Counted from the stretch's first letter, positions 1-10,088 are shown. The stretch: DNA of 64,000 bases from a virus (IMGVR_UViG_3300044712_001401:25066-89065), one strand, 5' to 3'. Made by a program: numbers and translations. Notes: generated by a model from the letters alone, not told the origin.

Positions 1-133
1 GTGGATTGTCGAACGCAACGGAACCGGCCTGCCGGATATGGGACCGTATCGGACGCGGGCGGAGGCGGACGACGACCGGGTTGGCGTGGCGAAGTTCTGC
101 CGACGGAATCCGGCGTACGTCGGTCCATAGCCG

Positions 134-239
134 AAAAAAAGAAACCCGGAAATCTTGTGCGGCGGGCTTGCGTCCTATTCCGATGATGGTACTATGAACC
201 AGTCGGACGAACGCAACAATCAACAACGGGAAACAAGAC
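134..239 (+). promoter_or_regulatory. Repeated promoter/leader element, copy 1
   Basis: TTGCGT(168)-16 bp-TACTAT(190) with a TG extension; closely matches the copy at about 37665-37767; ends at ATG 240. Confidence 0.7.
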
Positions 240-473
240 ATGGCCACGAAGCAAAAATCACCGCTCGCGAAACCGGCTCCGAAGAACGGCGACGTCGTAC
301 GGCTGCACGGGTACGAGTTCACGGTAACGAACGTCCGGCAATACTCGCAGCCGGTACACGGAGAGAGCTTCGCGGTCTGCCGGTTCGAGGGGGTTTGCAC
401 CGCGAACCGAGTCAACGACACAATCCGCCGGACGTCGTACAACGGCGGAACGTACGGGTGGCGGATCGACTAG
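240..473 (+). CDS. Hypothetical small phage protein
   Basis: ATG directly after the repeated leader; protein-like composition. Confidence 0.7.
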   Translation: MATKQKSPLAKPAPKNGDVVRLHGYEFTVTNVRQYSQPVHGESFAVCRFEGVCTANRVNDTIRRTSYNGGTYGWRID

Positions 474-528
474 GCGGAGACGAGAGCGGGGTTGGGCTCG
501 CGGCTCGCGAGCCCAACGGTATCGAGAC

Positions 529-840
529 ATGAGACGGGAGACGAACGTGGCGACCTATGCGGTATTAACGCGCGACGCTCAAGGCGTCGCGTCGCTCGGG
601 TATGTCTTGGACGACTACAACGAGGCGGAGTCGCTCCTACGCGACGAGGAGGGCTCGGCGGACGGGGAACGACGCGAGTTGTGGTCGCTCCGCGCCGGCT
701 GGAAGCAAGCCGTTCGCGTGAGCGAGTTCGGGATTCCTTGCGACGACGGAACCGAGGAGAGCGACGTGCACTCCGCTCGTCGTCTCGCTCCGTATCTGAA
801 AGCCAAGATTGGCGAGCTAGTGGTGGTTGTCGACGAGTAA
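529..840 (+). CDS. Hypothetical protein
   Basis: Co-oriented ORF with protein-like composition; start uncertain. Confidence 0.55.
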   Translation: MRRETNVATYAVLTRDAQGVASLGYVLDDYNEAESLLRDEEGSADGERRELWSLRAGWKQAVRVSEFGIPCDDGTEESDVHSARRLAPYLKAKIGELVVVVDE

Positions 841-854
841 CAAAGGGGGTGGTT

Positions 855-1169
855 GTGAATAATCGGAGCCGAAAATTCGAGCCCTACGTTCGACGGTACA
901 AGCCGGGGGACAAGGCGGTGTCGTTGCGGACGGCCTGCCGGATGGCGTTTTACCATGTCATGGGGCGGAATTTTTTTGTGTTGTTGCAGCGGGGGAAACC
1001 GCGAGTCGTTCTCGACGTGGCTGGGAGCCGTCGCGAGTTAGAGCAGATGCAGGTGCAAGTGGCGATGGGGCGGATGACGTTTGCGAGTTGGGCTCGCGAG
1101 ATTGGGCGACAGGCTCGCGGCGGAAAATTCAATCGAGCCAAGACAAAAGACAAGCGGTGGCAGCGGTGA
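855..1169 (+). CDS. Hypothetical basic protein
   Basis: 3' part of ORF 492..1169; GTG start after a purine-rich RBS-like run. Confidence 0.5.
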   Translation: MNNRSRKFEPYVRRYKPGDKAVSLRTACRMAFYHVMGRNFFVLLQRGKPRVVLDVAGSRRELEQMQVQVAMGRMTFASWAREIGRQARGGKFNRAKTKDKRWQR

Positions 1170-1447
1170 TCGAAATCAAACTACCGTTGGTTGACGTCGT
1201 CGACATAGCGTCGCTATCGGCGACAATCAATCAATTCCGTCGCCAAGTGCCATCGTCTGACCGGGCGTTCCGCAATTGGTACGAGCGGTTATCGCCAGCG
1301 GAGCGGCGTTTATTCTTGTATCGGATTCACGCGGTCGCGGAGATGCTAGAGCCGCTCCGTCACGCTAGGGTTTCTGTCGTCGCTCAAGTGTCCGGGGCCA
1401 GCGAGTCGCAGGAACGAGATACATCCGGGGGGCGTGATGTGCGGTAA
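1166..1447 (+). CDS. Hypothetical protein
   Basis: GTGA overlap with the upstream stop. Confidence 0.45.
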   Translation: MIEIKLPLVDVVDIASLSATINQFRRQVPSSDRAFRNWYERLSPAERRLFLYRIHAVAEMLEPLRHARVSVVAQVSGASESQERDTSGGRDVR

Positions 1448-1847
1448 AAGTCATGAGTGGTTTTGTCCTCGTTGCTGGCGAGTGCTGGAGTGGCGCGAAG
1501 TGACGTTCCAAGAGACGCACGACGGATGCGGCGAAGGCGTCGAGAGTCGCGAGCGAATCGCGGCGAGAGCAACGCCGGAGCGTGTTTTGGCTATGATTGC
1601 GGCTCGCGGTTGGTCTTCGCACTGGACGCACCGTGGTGCGTATCTGCACTTGGAGGCGTCCGAGCTAATCGAAGCGGTGCGAGGCAAACGCGGCGACGTT
1701 GTCGACGAAGCCGGAGACGTGTTGCTCGTGTTGCTATCGATTGTGGGAGCGGCCGGCGTGTCTTGGGGGGACGTCGAGCGCGCAGCGGCTACCAAACTCG
1801 CAAAACTAGAACGGCCGGGGCCGTATCGCGACGAGGGGACACAATGA
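1434..1847 (+). CDS. MazG-like nucleotide pyrophosphohydrolase with N-terminal Zn-ribbon
   Basis: ExxE...ExxD pattern (LEASELIEA...DEAGDVLL); CPRC...HDGCG. Confidence 0.65.
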   Translation: MMCGKSHEWFCPRCWRVLEWREVTFQETHDGCGEGVESRERIAARATPERVLAMIAARGWSSHWTHRGAYLHLEASELIEAVRGKRGDVVDEAGDVLLVLLSIVGAAGVSWGDVERAAATKLAKLERPGPYRDEGTQ

Positions 1848-2899
1848 ACACCGAGAAGTCTTGGTCGGTATTGATTGGCGATGTCCGGGTTCGTCTGCGC
1901 GACGTCCCGGACGAGTCGGTGCATTGTGTGGTGACATCGCCACCGTATTTCTCTCAGCGTGACTACGGGATGCCGGAGCAAATCGGGCTAGAGAAGACGT
2001 CGGCGGAATATGTCGCGCAACTCGTCGCGGTGTTCCGCGAAGTTAAGCGCGTCTTGCGTCACGACGGAACGCTCTGGCTGAATCTCGGCGACAAATACGC
2101 GAGCCAAGGTGGGGCTCGCAGCTATGGCTCGTCGGACGGCGCGGTGCGTCGGGCAGACGCTCCGGAGCGGAGAGCCCCGACGCTGCCACGCAAGAACTTG
2201 TACGGTATCCCGTGGCGTGTCGCGTTTGCCTTGCAAGACGACGGGTGGCTGCTGCGGCAGGATATTATTTGGCACAAATCGGATGCCATGCCGGAGAGCG
2301 TGACGGATCGGTGCTCGTCGGCGCATGAGTACGTTTTTCTTCTGGCTCGCGGATTCGATTACTTTTTCGATGCGGACGCCATCGCGGAGCCTGCCAGCGG
2401 AACGAGCGGCGGAGCGTGTTTCGGCAAGCAACAACACGATGCGGCCGGCTCCGGAGCGCAATCTCGCAGGTACGACCGGCCGGAGTACGAGACTCGCAAC
2501 AAGCGAAGCGTTTGGACCATGCCGACGTCCAAGTTTGGCGGAGCGCATTTCGCGACGTTTCCGCCGGCTCTCGTCGAGCCGTGCGTTCGTGCGGGCACGA
2601 GCGAGCGCGGGTGCTGCGCCGGATGCGGCGAGCCAATCCGTAGCGGAGGCGTCAAACGCTGGTGCACTTGCGGGAGCGAGGACGTTGCGCCGAGCGTGGT
2701 ACTCGATCCGTTTGGTGGCTCGGGGACCGTCGCGGCAGTCTGCGACCTGCTCGGCGGGCGACGGACAATCCTTTGCGAGCTAAACCCGGAATACGCGGCG
2801 ATGATTCCGGAGCGAGTGCGAGACGTTCGAGATGCGGCGTTCGGGCGGACGAAGCAGCGTGCGGTTCCGCCGATGCCGGGTCAAAAAGATCTTTTCTAG
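1844..2899 (+). CDS. Site-specific DNA methyltransferase (N4-C/N6-A, beta class)
   Basis: TSPPY catalytic motif; HFATFP; C-terminal VLDPFGGSGT SAM-binding motif. Confidence 0.92.
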   Translation: MNTEKSWSVLIGDVRVRLRDVPDESVHCVVTSPPYFSQRDYGMPEQIGLEKTSAEYVAQLVAVFREVKRVLRHDGTLWLNLGDKYASQGGARSYGSSDGAVRRADAPERRAPTLPRKNLYGIPWRVAFALQDDGWLLRQDIIWHKSDAMPESVTDRCSSAHEYVFLLARGFDYFFDADAIAEPASGTSGGACFGKQQHDAAGSGAQSRRYDRPEYETRNKRSVWTMPTSKFGGAHFATFPPALVEPCVRAGTSERGCCAGCGEPIRSGGVKRWCTCGSEDVAPSVVLDPFGGSGTVAAVCDLLGGRRTILCELNPEYAAMIPERVRDVRDAAFGRTKQRAVPPMPGQKDLF

Positions 2900-2910
2900 G
2901 AGACGAGACG

Positions 2911-3498
2911 ATGCCGGTGATTGTTGGGGTATCGAAAGATGGGGTTATTGAGTTCGCGACTGCGAGACTAACCGAGGAATCGGTGGAGCCACTAAACCAA
3001 ATCGTCGACGAAGGCGGATATGTCGCGATGGTCGATGGAAGGGTCACAGTGGGCGGGCGAGACGTCGAAAACGGTATTGTGCGGCCGGAGACGGCTAAGG
3101 CCGTTACGACGGTTTTCGATGTCGCGTTGTCGCTGCTGCTCCGCGTTGAGCAAGCCGGAATGATTGGCGACAAGTGGATGCGAGACATCGTCGCGAGACA
3201 GTCGCGGGCGGCTTGCGACGCGTGGGAGGAAGTCTACCCGAATGAGGCGTGTATATCGCGGCGAGCCTGGGATCGAATCGCGGACGAGATCGCTACGCGG
3301 CATGAACGGCTGATGGCAGGCGTACTTTCGCGGCTCAACGCCATGCAGATTTCTCCGGCTCCGCAACTCGTCGAGTCAGCACGGCCGGGAGTGTTTTTGA
3401 GTGTCACGCGAGAAACCGCAACCGGCTTTCGCATCGGAATTGCCGGGGCGTTGATGACGGCTCGCGAAGTGGCGCAAGTCATGTCGCAGGCGGACTGA
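2911..3498 (+). CDS. Hypothetical protein
   Basis: AGGAG RBS then ATG 2911. Confidence 0.6.
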   Translation: MPVIVGVSKDGVIEFATARLTEESVEPLNQIVDEGGYVAMVDGRVTVGGRDVENGIVRPETAKAVTTVFDVALSLLLRVEQAGMIGDKWMRDIVARQSRAACDAWEEVYPNEACISRRAWDRIADEIATRHERLMAGVLSRLNAMQISPAPQLVESARPGVFLSVTRETATGFRIGIAGALMTAREVAQVMSQAD

Positions 3499-3558
3499 AT
3501 TGGCTCGGCGGGATGCGGTTTGTTTTTTTTGGTCGAAACGCAAGACGGGGAAAGAGCG

Positions 3559-4962
3559 ATGGAAGACACGGTGAAAATCACGGAGTTGGACCTAGGCGAA
3601 ATTTTCCTAGGCGAGTTGCGGAACAAGACCGCGAGAGTCGGAGTCGTCGGACTCGGAACGGTGGGGCTCCCACGGGCGGTGGCTCTGGCTCGCGCCGGAT
3701 GGGACGTCGTCGGAGTCGATCGCAACGACGAGCGACTAGCGAAGATTGCCAACGCGGCGATGTTCGGCGCTCGCCCCATCCCGGAGCCTGGGCTCCCCAA
3801 TCAAATCTGCGGAGTTCCGGCCGATGACATTTTTGCGGCTGGAGAAATGGGCTTTACTGTCTACGCGTGGGACCAGTTACGAAATGAAACGGACGGCGAG
3901 CAAATCGACGTCTGGATCGTTTGCGTCTCGGCTCGCTCTCGCAAGGGAAACGACAAGCGGATGGGACCAGACTACCGACAGGTTCTGGACGCGGTGGCGC
4001 AAATCGGTGCGTTGTCGGGCGGGCGGAGTGCGCCGTTGCTGGTTGTCTTGGAGTCGCTCGTCGGTCCGGGAGCCACCCGAGCCCTGGTCGGCGAGACGCT
4101 CCAACGGATGCGACAGGAGCGTACGGTGCTTGCGGCGTACTCTCCGCCTGACTCGGGGATCGATCCGGAAAGTTTCAAGATGGTGAGTGGGACTAGCACC
4201 CTAGCGAGCCAAGCGGCTCGCGTTGTTTACGAATCGATTTTCACGCGGATATTGATCCCAGCGAAGGCGGAGGTAGTCGAAGCGTCGGCGCTCGTGCGGC
4301 ATTGCCAACGAGTCACAATTCGCGCGCTTGCTAACGAAATGTCCGATGCCCTGGCATTGATGGGAATCTCGTACGCAGACGCGTCTTTGCTCGCTCGTGA
4401 TAGCGTCGGCCCGTTTGGGCATCGACACGTCTTGCCGGATGCCGGAGTCGAACCGACGGACTCCGCCGAGACGGCTCCGAGTGCGTTTGCCGATGTCGCG
4501 GATTCGTTTAGCGCAACTCCGATCATTCGGTACGCCGGCAATACGCAAGAGAGGCGATGGGAAAAGATCGTTGAACGCGTCGAGATACTCGCGGGACACT
4601 CGGGTCGCTCGCCTGGGGATGCCGAGCGCTGGCCGATGATAATCGGGGTGTACGGGCTGCGACCGAAAGAGAGCGACGACGTCGAAGACGGTTCGGTCGG
4701 AAGCAAGATCGCGCAGGGGCTCGCGGCTCGCGGCTATACGGTAAAGCTATTCGACGACGCGGGCGGCTCGCGTCCGACCGTCGATGATATGCGGCGGTGT
4801 TCCGTGCTCGTCTGCGTGCACGGAACGCAGGGGCTGCCGACGGAGATTCTCGCCAACGCGACGACGCAGGAGCCGTGGATTTACGACGTCAGGAACCCCC
4901 CGTCGTGCGACCGGATGCCGCGAGACTTGATCCGGCTCTGGCGAAAGTCGCTTGGCGAGTAA
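3559..4962 (+). CDS. UDP-glucose/GDP-mannose dehydrogenase-family protein (degenerate)
   Basis: VGVVGLGTVGLP Rossmann motif; LVVLESLVGPGAT; AYSP; ALANEM; C-terminal GVYGLRPKESDD. Confidence 0.75.
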   Translation: MEDTVKITELDLGEIFLGELRNKTARVGVVGLGTVGLPRAVALARAGWDVVGVDRNDERLAKIANAAMFGARPIPEPGLPNQICGVPADDIFAAGEMGFTVYAWDQLRNETDGEQIDVWIVCVSARSRKGNDKRMGPDYRQVLDAVAQIGALSGGRSAPLLVVLESLVGPGATRALVGETLQRMRQERTVLAAYSPPDSGIDPESFKMVSGTSTLASQAARVVYESIFTRILIPAKAEVVEASALVRHCQRVTIRALANEMSDALALMGISYADASLLARDSVGPFGHRHVLPDAGVEPTDSAETAPSAFADVADSFSATPIIRYAGNTQERRWEKIVERVEILAGHSGRSPGDAERWPMIIGVYGLRPKESDDVEDGSVGSKIAQGLAARGYTVKLFDDAGGSRPTVDDMRRCSVLVCVHGTQGLPTEILANATTQEPWIYDVRNPPSCDRMPRDLIRLWRKSLGE

Positions 4963-4981
4963 CCGGAATCGGAGATACGTG

Positions 4982-5554
4982 ATGCAGCGTCAGTTGCGGC
5001 TATTGGAACGCGGCGGTGTCGGAGTCGACGGGACGAGCGCGGAATACTCTCCGTGCAAGTTGTGGCGATACTCGCTAACGCGACTGTGGCGGCCGGCCGA
5101 CGGGCACGACGAGCACGCGGGGAGCGTGGCGTTCGTCGCGCTCAATCCGTCGACGGCTACGGAGTACGAGGACGACCCGACGGTCCGCCGGATGATTCGG
5201 TTCGCGAAAGAGTGGGGACACGGAGGGCTCGTCGTGCTCAACGCGTTTGCGTATCGCTCGACGGACCCGCGAGGGCTCTACAACGTAGCGGACCCGGTTG
5301 GTGTCGAGAACGATTTCGCGATTCTCCGGTGGGTCGCGAGAGTCTCGCGGCTTGTCGTCGCATGGGGACGGCATGGGACACTGCACGGGCGATCGCATTA
5401 CCTGTCGAGGCTCCTAGCTGACGCAAATCCGATGTGTCTTGGCACGAACGGAGACGGCTCGCCAAAGCATCCATTATACGTCGCGGCGGACACTCCCCTG
5501 CGACGATGGACCGGACGACCTATGACGCGGGCCGACGGATGTCGTGAACCGTAA
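4982..5554 (+). CDS. DUF1643 family protein
   Basis: RYSLTRLW, LNPSTA, DDPTVRR, NAFAYRSTDP and PKHPLY motifs. Confidence 0.85.
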   Translation: MQRQLRLLERGGVGVDGTSAEYSPCKLWRYSLTRLWRPADGHDEHAGSVAFVALNPSTATEYEDDPTVRRMIRFAKEWGHGGLVVLNAFAYRSTDPRGLYNVADPVGVENDFAILRWVARVSRLVVAWGRHGTLHGRSHYLSRLLADANPMCLGTNGDGSPKHPLYVAADTPLRRWTGRPMTRADGCREP

Positions 5555-5570
5555 GGCTATGCGCTGTGTC

Positions 5571-5599
5571 TTGTCGGATCGTGCCGGAGCCGGTATAGT
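5571..5599 (+). promoter_or_regulatory. Sigma70-like promoter
   Basis: TTGTCG-17 bp-TATAGT upstream of GGAGG and ATG 5623. Confidence 0.5.
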
Positions 5600-5622
5600 T
5601 CGATTCGACGGAGGGCATACTC

Positions 5623-5853
5623 ATGAGCAACGAAATCTGCAGCGGTTGTGGTGGCGTCAATACGGGGCCAGCGGTTGCGGCTCCGTCGCGAGCGGCTCGG
5701 CACTCGCTCTGCGTGGGATGCGCGGTCGAAGCTGCCGAGATTACGAGCGAGCAGGAGCGGGCGTCGCTGTCAAGTTTGCCTGAACTGGACCGGGTTGTCG
5801 CTCCGTGGCGACGCCGGAGCCGGGCGTTCGTGCACTCTCGCGGGGCGTTCTAA
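5623..5853 (+). CDS. Small Cys-motif hypothetical protein
   Basis: GGAGG RBS; two CxxC motifs. Confidence 0.5.
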   Translation: MSNEICSGCGGVNTGPAVAAPSRAARHSLCVGCAVEAAEITSEQERASLSSLPELDRVVAPWRRRSRAFVHSRGAF

Positions 5854-6806
5854 TGAGCTGGGAAACGGACCCGCTGTGGCTTTGCAACCCACGGCGTCCG
5901 TGCGCGGCGTGCGGAAACAATCGGCGACGTCGTCGCGCGTGCGCGGCATGCGAAGGCGTGGGCTACGCGGCAGCCGATCTGGCGGGGCTCTGGCGCGGCT
6001 CGGCGGCGTTTCTGGTGTGCGGCGGTCCGTCGCTCGCGTCGCTTCCGGAAGGCGTGTTTCGCTTGCCGGGCGTTGCGTCGTTGGGCGTGAACAACGCGGC
6101 GGCGCACGCCGGCTGCCGGGCGTTTGTCTTCGGCGACCCGCAGTGGAAATTCTCGCACTCGCTTTTTTTGGACCCGACCGTGCTGGTGTTTGCGCCGTTC
6201 GGAAAGCTCCGGCGTTGCGTGCGAGTGCGGCTCCCTAATGGCTCGTTTCGGCAGTCGACGACCCGATTGTCGGATTGTCCAAACGTGTACGGTCTGGCGA
6301 GGACTGGCCGATTTAACGGGGCGGAGTTTTGCTCGACACGCTGGGCACAATGGGGACGCGGCGGTGTCGATTCTGACGCTCCGTTTAGGCGTCTTGCGAC
6401 GATGCTTTTGGGGCTGCGGTTGCTGGCGTATCTTGGAGCGACGCGGATTTACTTGGCCGGCGTGGACTTTGATTCGTCCGGCGGCTACGCGTGGGGCGAC
6501 CCGACAACGTGCGGCGGCTCGACGTGGACCAAAATCGGGCGGTTGCTCGACGAGTGCCGGGGGGCTATTGAGGCAGCCGGCGTCGTAGTGCGCAACGCTA
6601 CGCCGGGAAGTAAGTGCGCGGCATTTCCGGCCGTCGACTTTGCCGAGGCGTTGGCCGACGCTCGCGGATTGTGCGCCTATCCACCAGATTTGCGGGGGAT
6701 GTATTCGCGGCGATTGCTACGCGAAAACCTATCGGCGCATCCGGAGCCGATCTCAATTCAACAAGCCGTCGCGGAGGCGCGCCGGCAGGCGTCCGAAAGG
6801 CGATGA
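5853..6806 (+). CDS. Maf/DUF115-like glycosyltransferase-related protein with N-terminal Zn finger
   Basis: AFLVCGGPSL, LGVNN and LAYLGATRIYLAGVDF motifs; paralog of 35066..36559. Confidence 0.6.
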   Translation: MSWETDPLWLCNPRRPCAACGNNRRRRRACAACEGVGYAAADLAGLWRGSAAFLVCGGPSLASLPEGVFRLPGVASLGVNNAAAHAGCRAFVFGDPQWKFSHSLFLDPTVLVFAPFGKLRRCVRVRLPNGSFRQSTTRLSDCPNVYGLARTGRFNGAEFCSTRWAQWGRGGVDSDAPFRRLATMLLGLRLLAYLGATRIYLAGVDFDSSGGYAWGDPTTCGGSTWTKIGRLLDECRGAIEAAGVVVRNATPGSKCAAFPAVDFAEALADARGLCAYPPDLRGMYSRRLLRENLSAHPEPISIQQAVAEARRQASERR

Positions 6807-6930
6807 CGCCAAGGCGGACGTATCGCGCAAGACGTCCGGCCGATACAATCACTCGCGCCGAGGCTCGACGGAAGCGACGTCTGGTGACGTCGACGAGCCT
6901 GCGGCGGTTATTGCGACGACGGGAGAGCCG

Positions 6931-7470
6931 ATGATGGCGGAAGACTTGGAACGCGGAAACCAAAAGCCGGAGACGGAGTTTGCTGGAGTCAGAGCGGAGA
7001 ACGTCGAGCCCTACGATCTTAGCGGTCGAAATATCGACGTCAGGAATTGCGGGTCGTGCGATTGTGCGCATCAGCAATTGACGGTGCGGCCGTTGGCGGC
7101 TCGACAGTCGCATGGTTTCACGCATTGCTACACGTGTCCCACGACCGGCGATCCGGTTCCCGTGGCGCTCTACAAGCACGATGGGTCGCTGGTCGAAGTC
7201 GCTCCGGCAGCGTTGCGGGCGCTAATCTCTGCGGCGGCTCGCGGGCGCTATATGGTCGCGGTGTTCGTTTCGGAAGGGGAAACGGTCCATCTGCATCGGA
7301 CCACAAGTTCTTGGCCGACCGGACAGTTTGCGTTGGGGCTCAAGATGCTCGCGGACGATATCGACCGCGAAGTGGGTCCGCCGGTCACCGATACTCCGAT
7401 GGAACGGGCGGAACGTCCTCGTCCGTTGGTGGATTTGTTTTCCGGCGTTCCGTCGGGCGACGTCTCGTAA
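6931..7470 (+). CDS. Hypothetical protein
   Basis: GGAG RBS and ATG; CGSC and CP motifs. Confidence 0.55.
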   Translation: MMAEDLERGNQKPETEFAGVRAENVEPYDLSGRNIDVRNCGSCDCAHQQLTVRPLAARQSHGFTHCYTCPTTGDPVPVALYKHDGSLVEVAPAALRALISAAARGRYMVAVFVSEGETVHLHRTTSSWPTGQFALGLKMLADDIDREVGPPVTDTPMERAERPRPLVDLFSGVPSGDVS

Positions 7471-7487
7471 ATCTCGGGGGCGTCAAC

Positions 7488-7838
7488 ATGCGGCGGATAT
7501 GGAAGCGGCTCCGGTTTTGGTTGGCGACACGGGCCGCACTGCAAAGGCAAGCGTCAAAAGCTCTCGACGACGTTCACGAGCTGACAAATATCCTGCGTCG
7601 CGAACAAGGAGAGCACCGCGAGACGCGCGAGACGCTCGCGGAAACGCAGTCCGAGTTGGCCGAAGCGGCTGCGGAGGAATCGCGGCTGCGTGGGACGCTT
7701 GAAGTTTGCAAGGCGCAACTGGAGATGTATGCTCTCTGGGAAGCTCGCGAGCGAGAGCGGCTCGAAGCGGAGGCTGCAATTCTGGCAGCGCGTAGAACGC
7801 TCGCGATCGGTTCGTCTCGCGGAGCGGGCGACGAGTAG
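7488..7838 (+). CDS. Hypothetical coiled-coil protein
   Basis: E/A/L/R-rich helical composition. Confidence 0.5.
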   Translation: MRRIWKRLRFWLATRAALQRQASKALDDVHELTNILRREQGEHRETRETLAETQSELAEAAAEESRLRGTLEVCKAQLEMYALWEARERERLEAEAAILAARRTLAIGSSRGAGDE

Positions 7839-7880
7839 GCACGGTTCGGACACGACGGTCAGCACCGGGGGACTCAAGCG

Positions 7881-10088
7881 ATGTCGGATTTTTTAGCGGA
7901 CGCGCGACGCTCCGCGCGTTCGCGGGTGGAGATGGCTCGGCGGTCGTTTGGGCAGTCGCTGCGCAAGGCAACGAGCGGTGGCGCAGTTGTCGGCGACGCG
8001 TCCGAGCTTGGGCTCATGTCGTCGCTCGGAACGTCTGACGGATTCTCGTTTGGCGACAAAGGAGCGAGTCAAGCTCGACTCGCTCTGGCCGAGTTTCGGT
8101 CGTGGGTCTATGTCTGCGTAAACGCGATCGCGGGGCGTCTGTCGTCGCAACCGATGGTCGCCTGCCTTGTGTCGGACGACCAAAAGTCAAAGACGGGCAA
8201 GCGTAACTCGCGGCTTGACGTCACGCGGAAAAGAAAAGTTCCGGAATCGATTCGCGCGAAACTCCCAACCGCTTTCAGCATGGAGATTCTCACGAGCGGC
8301 GATATCGTCCGGACGTTAGAGCAACCCAACCCGGTGCAATCGCGCTCGCAGTTCTTGTACTTTTCGGCGGCGTCGCTGCTTTTGTGCGGAGAGTGTTATT
8401 GGGTCGCTGGGCTCGCAACTCCAGACGAAAGCGACCAGACGAGCGACGATGGGCCGCGCGTGGAATATTGGGCGATTCCGCGAACGTGGATCAAGCCATT
8501 GCATGAGGGGCGGTTATTTTCGGGCTACGAGTTGCGGACGAGCCCCAACGCCGAACCGATTTTGTTATCGTCTTCGCAGGTCGCTCGGACGTACTTTCCT
8601 GATCCGTCGGACATCCGCGCGTGTCGTTCTCCGCTCCAAGCCGTCGCAACGTCGGTGCGTGTTGACGACCGGCTCCAAGCGAGCCAAGAGCAAGCGTTCG
8701 ACCGTGGGCTCGATCCGAACCTAATCGTCACGGTGGGGCGGCTACGCGACGAGGACGGCAAGTTAGGTGATCGTCGTCCTCGTCTGACGGGGAGCCAGCG
8801 GCGACAATTGATTCGGGCCGTGCAGGAGGTCTGGGACTCGACGGTCAACGAGGGCTACCCTGCCATCGTCGACGGTTTCATTGAGTCGGTACACAAGCTA
8901 TCCAACACGCCATCCGAAATGGATTGGACCGAGTCGGGCGACGTAATCAAGCGGCGTATCTTTCAAGCGTTTCGCGTGAACCCCATCATCGTCGGGGAGA
9001 TTGTCGGAGCGAATCGCGCCCAAGTCGTCGAGGCGGAGAAGCATTTTTGCGCGAACGCTGTCAACCCCATCGCGTCGGCTCTCTCGGACTCTGCGGATCG
9101 GCTCTCGCGTTCGTTTTTCGAGGGCGGCTCGTCGACGCGTCTAACCGTATACGTCGAGCAGGCCGAGCCCACGGACCCGGATCTCGATACGCGGCGATGG
9201 GGCGACGCGCGTAAGCTGGGCGACGTAACGCGAGACGAGTATAGAGCCGAGCTATTGGGACTGCCACCACTTGAGGACGACAACGCCACGCGCAACACCC
9301 TACTATCGACCGTCGGCGGAATTACGGGCACGGTCCAGGTTGTCACGGCGGTCGGGCAAGGCATGGTGCGCCCCGAACAAGCCCAAGCGATGTTGGAGCT
9401 ATTTCTCGAAATTCCTCCGGACGTCGCGGGCCGAATTGCCGGCGTTGGGCAGGCTCCGATCCCGGCTCTGACGCCACCGAATCCGCCGGGCGGACCAGTG
9501 CCATCGCCAGCACCGCCAAAGCCGGCCGATCCGGTGGACGACAACGAGGAGCCACCGCTTGCCGAGGACGCTCCGCCGCAGCCGGACGAGTCGCAGGAGG
9601 CGTCGTATGTGGCTCGCTATGACGTCGTACCGCTCGCGCCGACCCAATCCATGCAAGACGAAGCGGCCGTCGGTCTGGGCTTGCTAGGCGAACGCACGGT
9701 GCAAGTTTCGTCGGGGCTGCTGTCGGTGGCTCGTCGTATTGCCGGCGGAGAGCGATTGCGGGCGATCGAGTGGCGATGGCTTCGCAGCTATCTCGCACGG
9801 TGCGGAAACGCTGGGCGCAACGAGCCGGGATGGAATCGCGACGAGGCATCTTGGCCGTCGTTGCCGGCGTTGCTCTGGACGTGTTGCGGCGGTGACGCGG
9901 CGTTCGTGCGGTCCTCGTACGTGTGCGCGTGTCTCGATACGGCCGACCGTCGCGAGGCAAAGCGGGAAAAGTTTGCCGGGGCGACGACGACGATTACGCG
10001 AGCCGACGTCAAGGCGCTCAATGCCTCGCAGCTCAACGCGTTGATTGGAGGGGCTGCCGACCAAATCGGTGGCACGTTTCAAGGCTAG
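7881..10088 (+). CDS. Phage portal protein with Pro-rich linker and C-terminal extension
   Basis: WVYVCVNAIA, LEQPNP, LLLCGECYW, SPLQA, IFQAFRVNPIIVG and TRDEYRAELLGLPPL are typical of HK97-like portals. Confidence 0.88.
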   Translation: MSDFLADARRSARSRVEMARRSFGQSLRKATSGGAVVGDASELGLMSSLGTSDGFSFGDKGASQARLALAEFRSWVYVCVNAIAGRLSSQPMVACLVSDDQKSKTGKRNSRLDVTRKRKVPESIRAKLPTAFSMEILTSGDIVRTLEQPNPVQSRSQFLYFSAASLLLCGECYWVAGLATPDESDQTSDDGPRVEYWAIPRTWIKPLHEGRLFSGYELRTSPNAEPILLSSSQVARTYFPDPSDIRACRSPLQAVATSVRVDDRLQASQEQAFDRGLDPNLIVTVGRLRDEDGKLGDRRPRLTGSQRRQLIRAVQEVWDSTVNEGYPAIVDGFIESVHKLSNTPSEMDWTESGDVIKRRIFQAFRVNPIIVGEIVGANRAQVVEAEKHFCANAVNPIASALSDSADRLSRSFFEGGSSTRLTVYVEQAEPTDPDLDTRRWGDARKLGDVTRDEYRAELLGLPPLEDDNATRNTLLSTVGGITGTVQVVTAVGQGMVRPEQAQAMLELFLEIPPDVAGRIAGVGQAPIPALTPPNPPGGPVPSPAPPKPADPVDDNEEPPLAEDAPPQPDESQEASYVARYDVVPLAPTQSMQDEAAVGLGLLGERTVQVSSGLLSVARRIAGGERLRAIEWRWLRSYLARCGNAGRNEPGWNRDEASWPSLPALLWTCCGGDAAFVRSSYVCACLDTADRREAKREKFAGATTTITRADVKALNASQLNALIGGAADQIGGTFQG

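Noticed and set aside
1457-1843. Long N-terminal extensions of track ORFs (for example from 1457, 15774, 43204, 48784, 60270)
   Set aside because: They overlap upstream genes and read as Arg-rich noise; downstream starts with an RBS or a stop-start overlap fit better.
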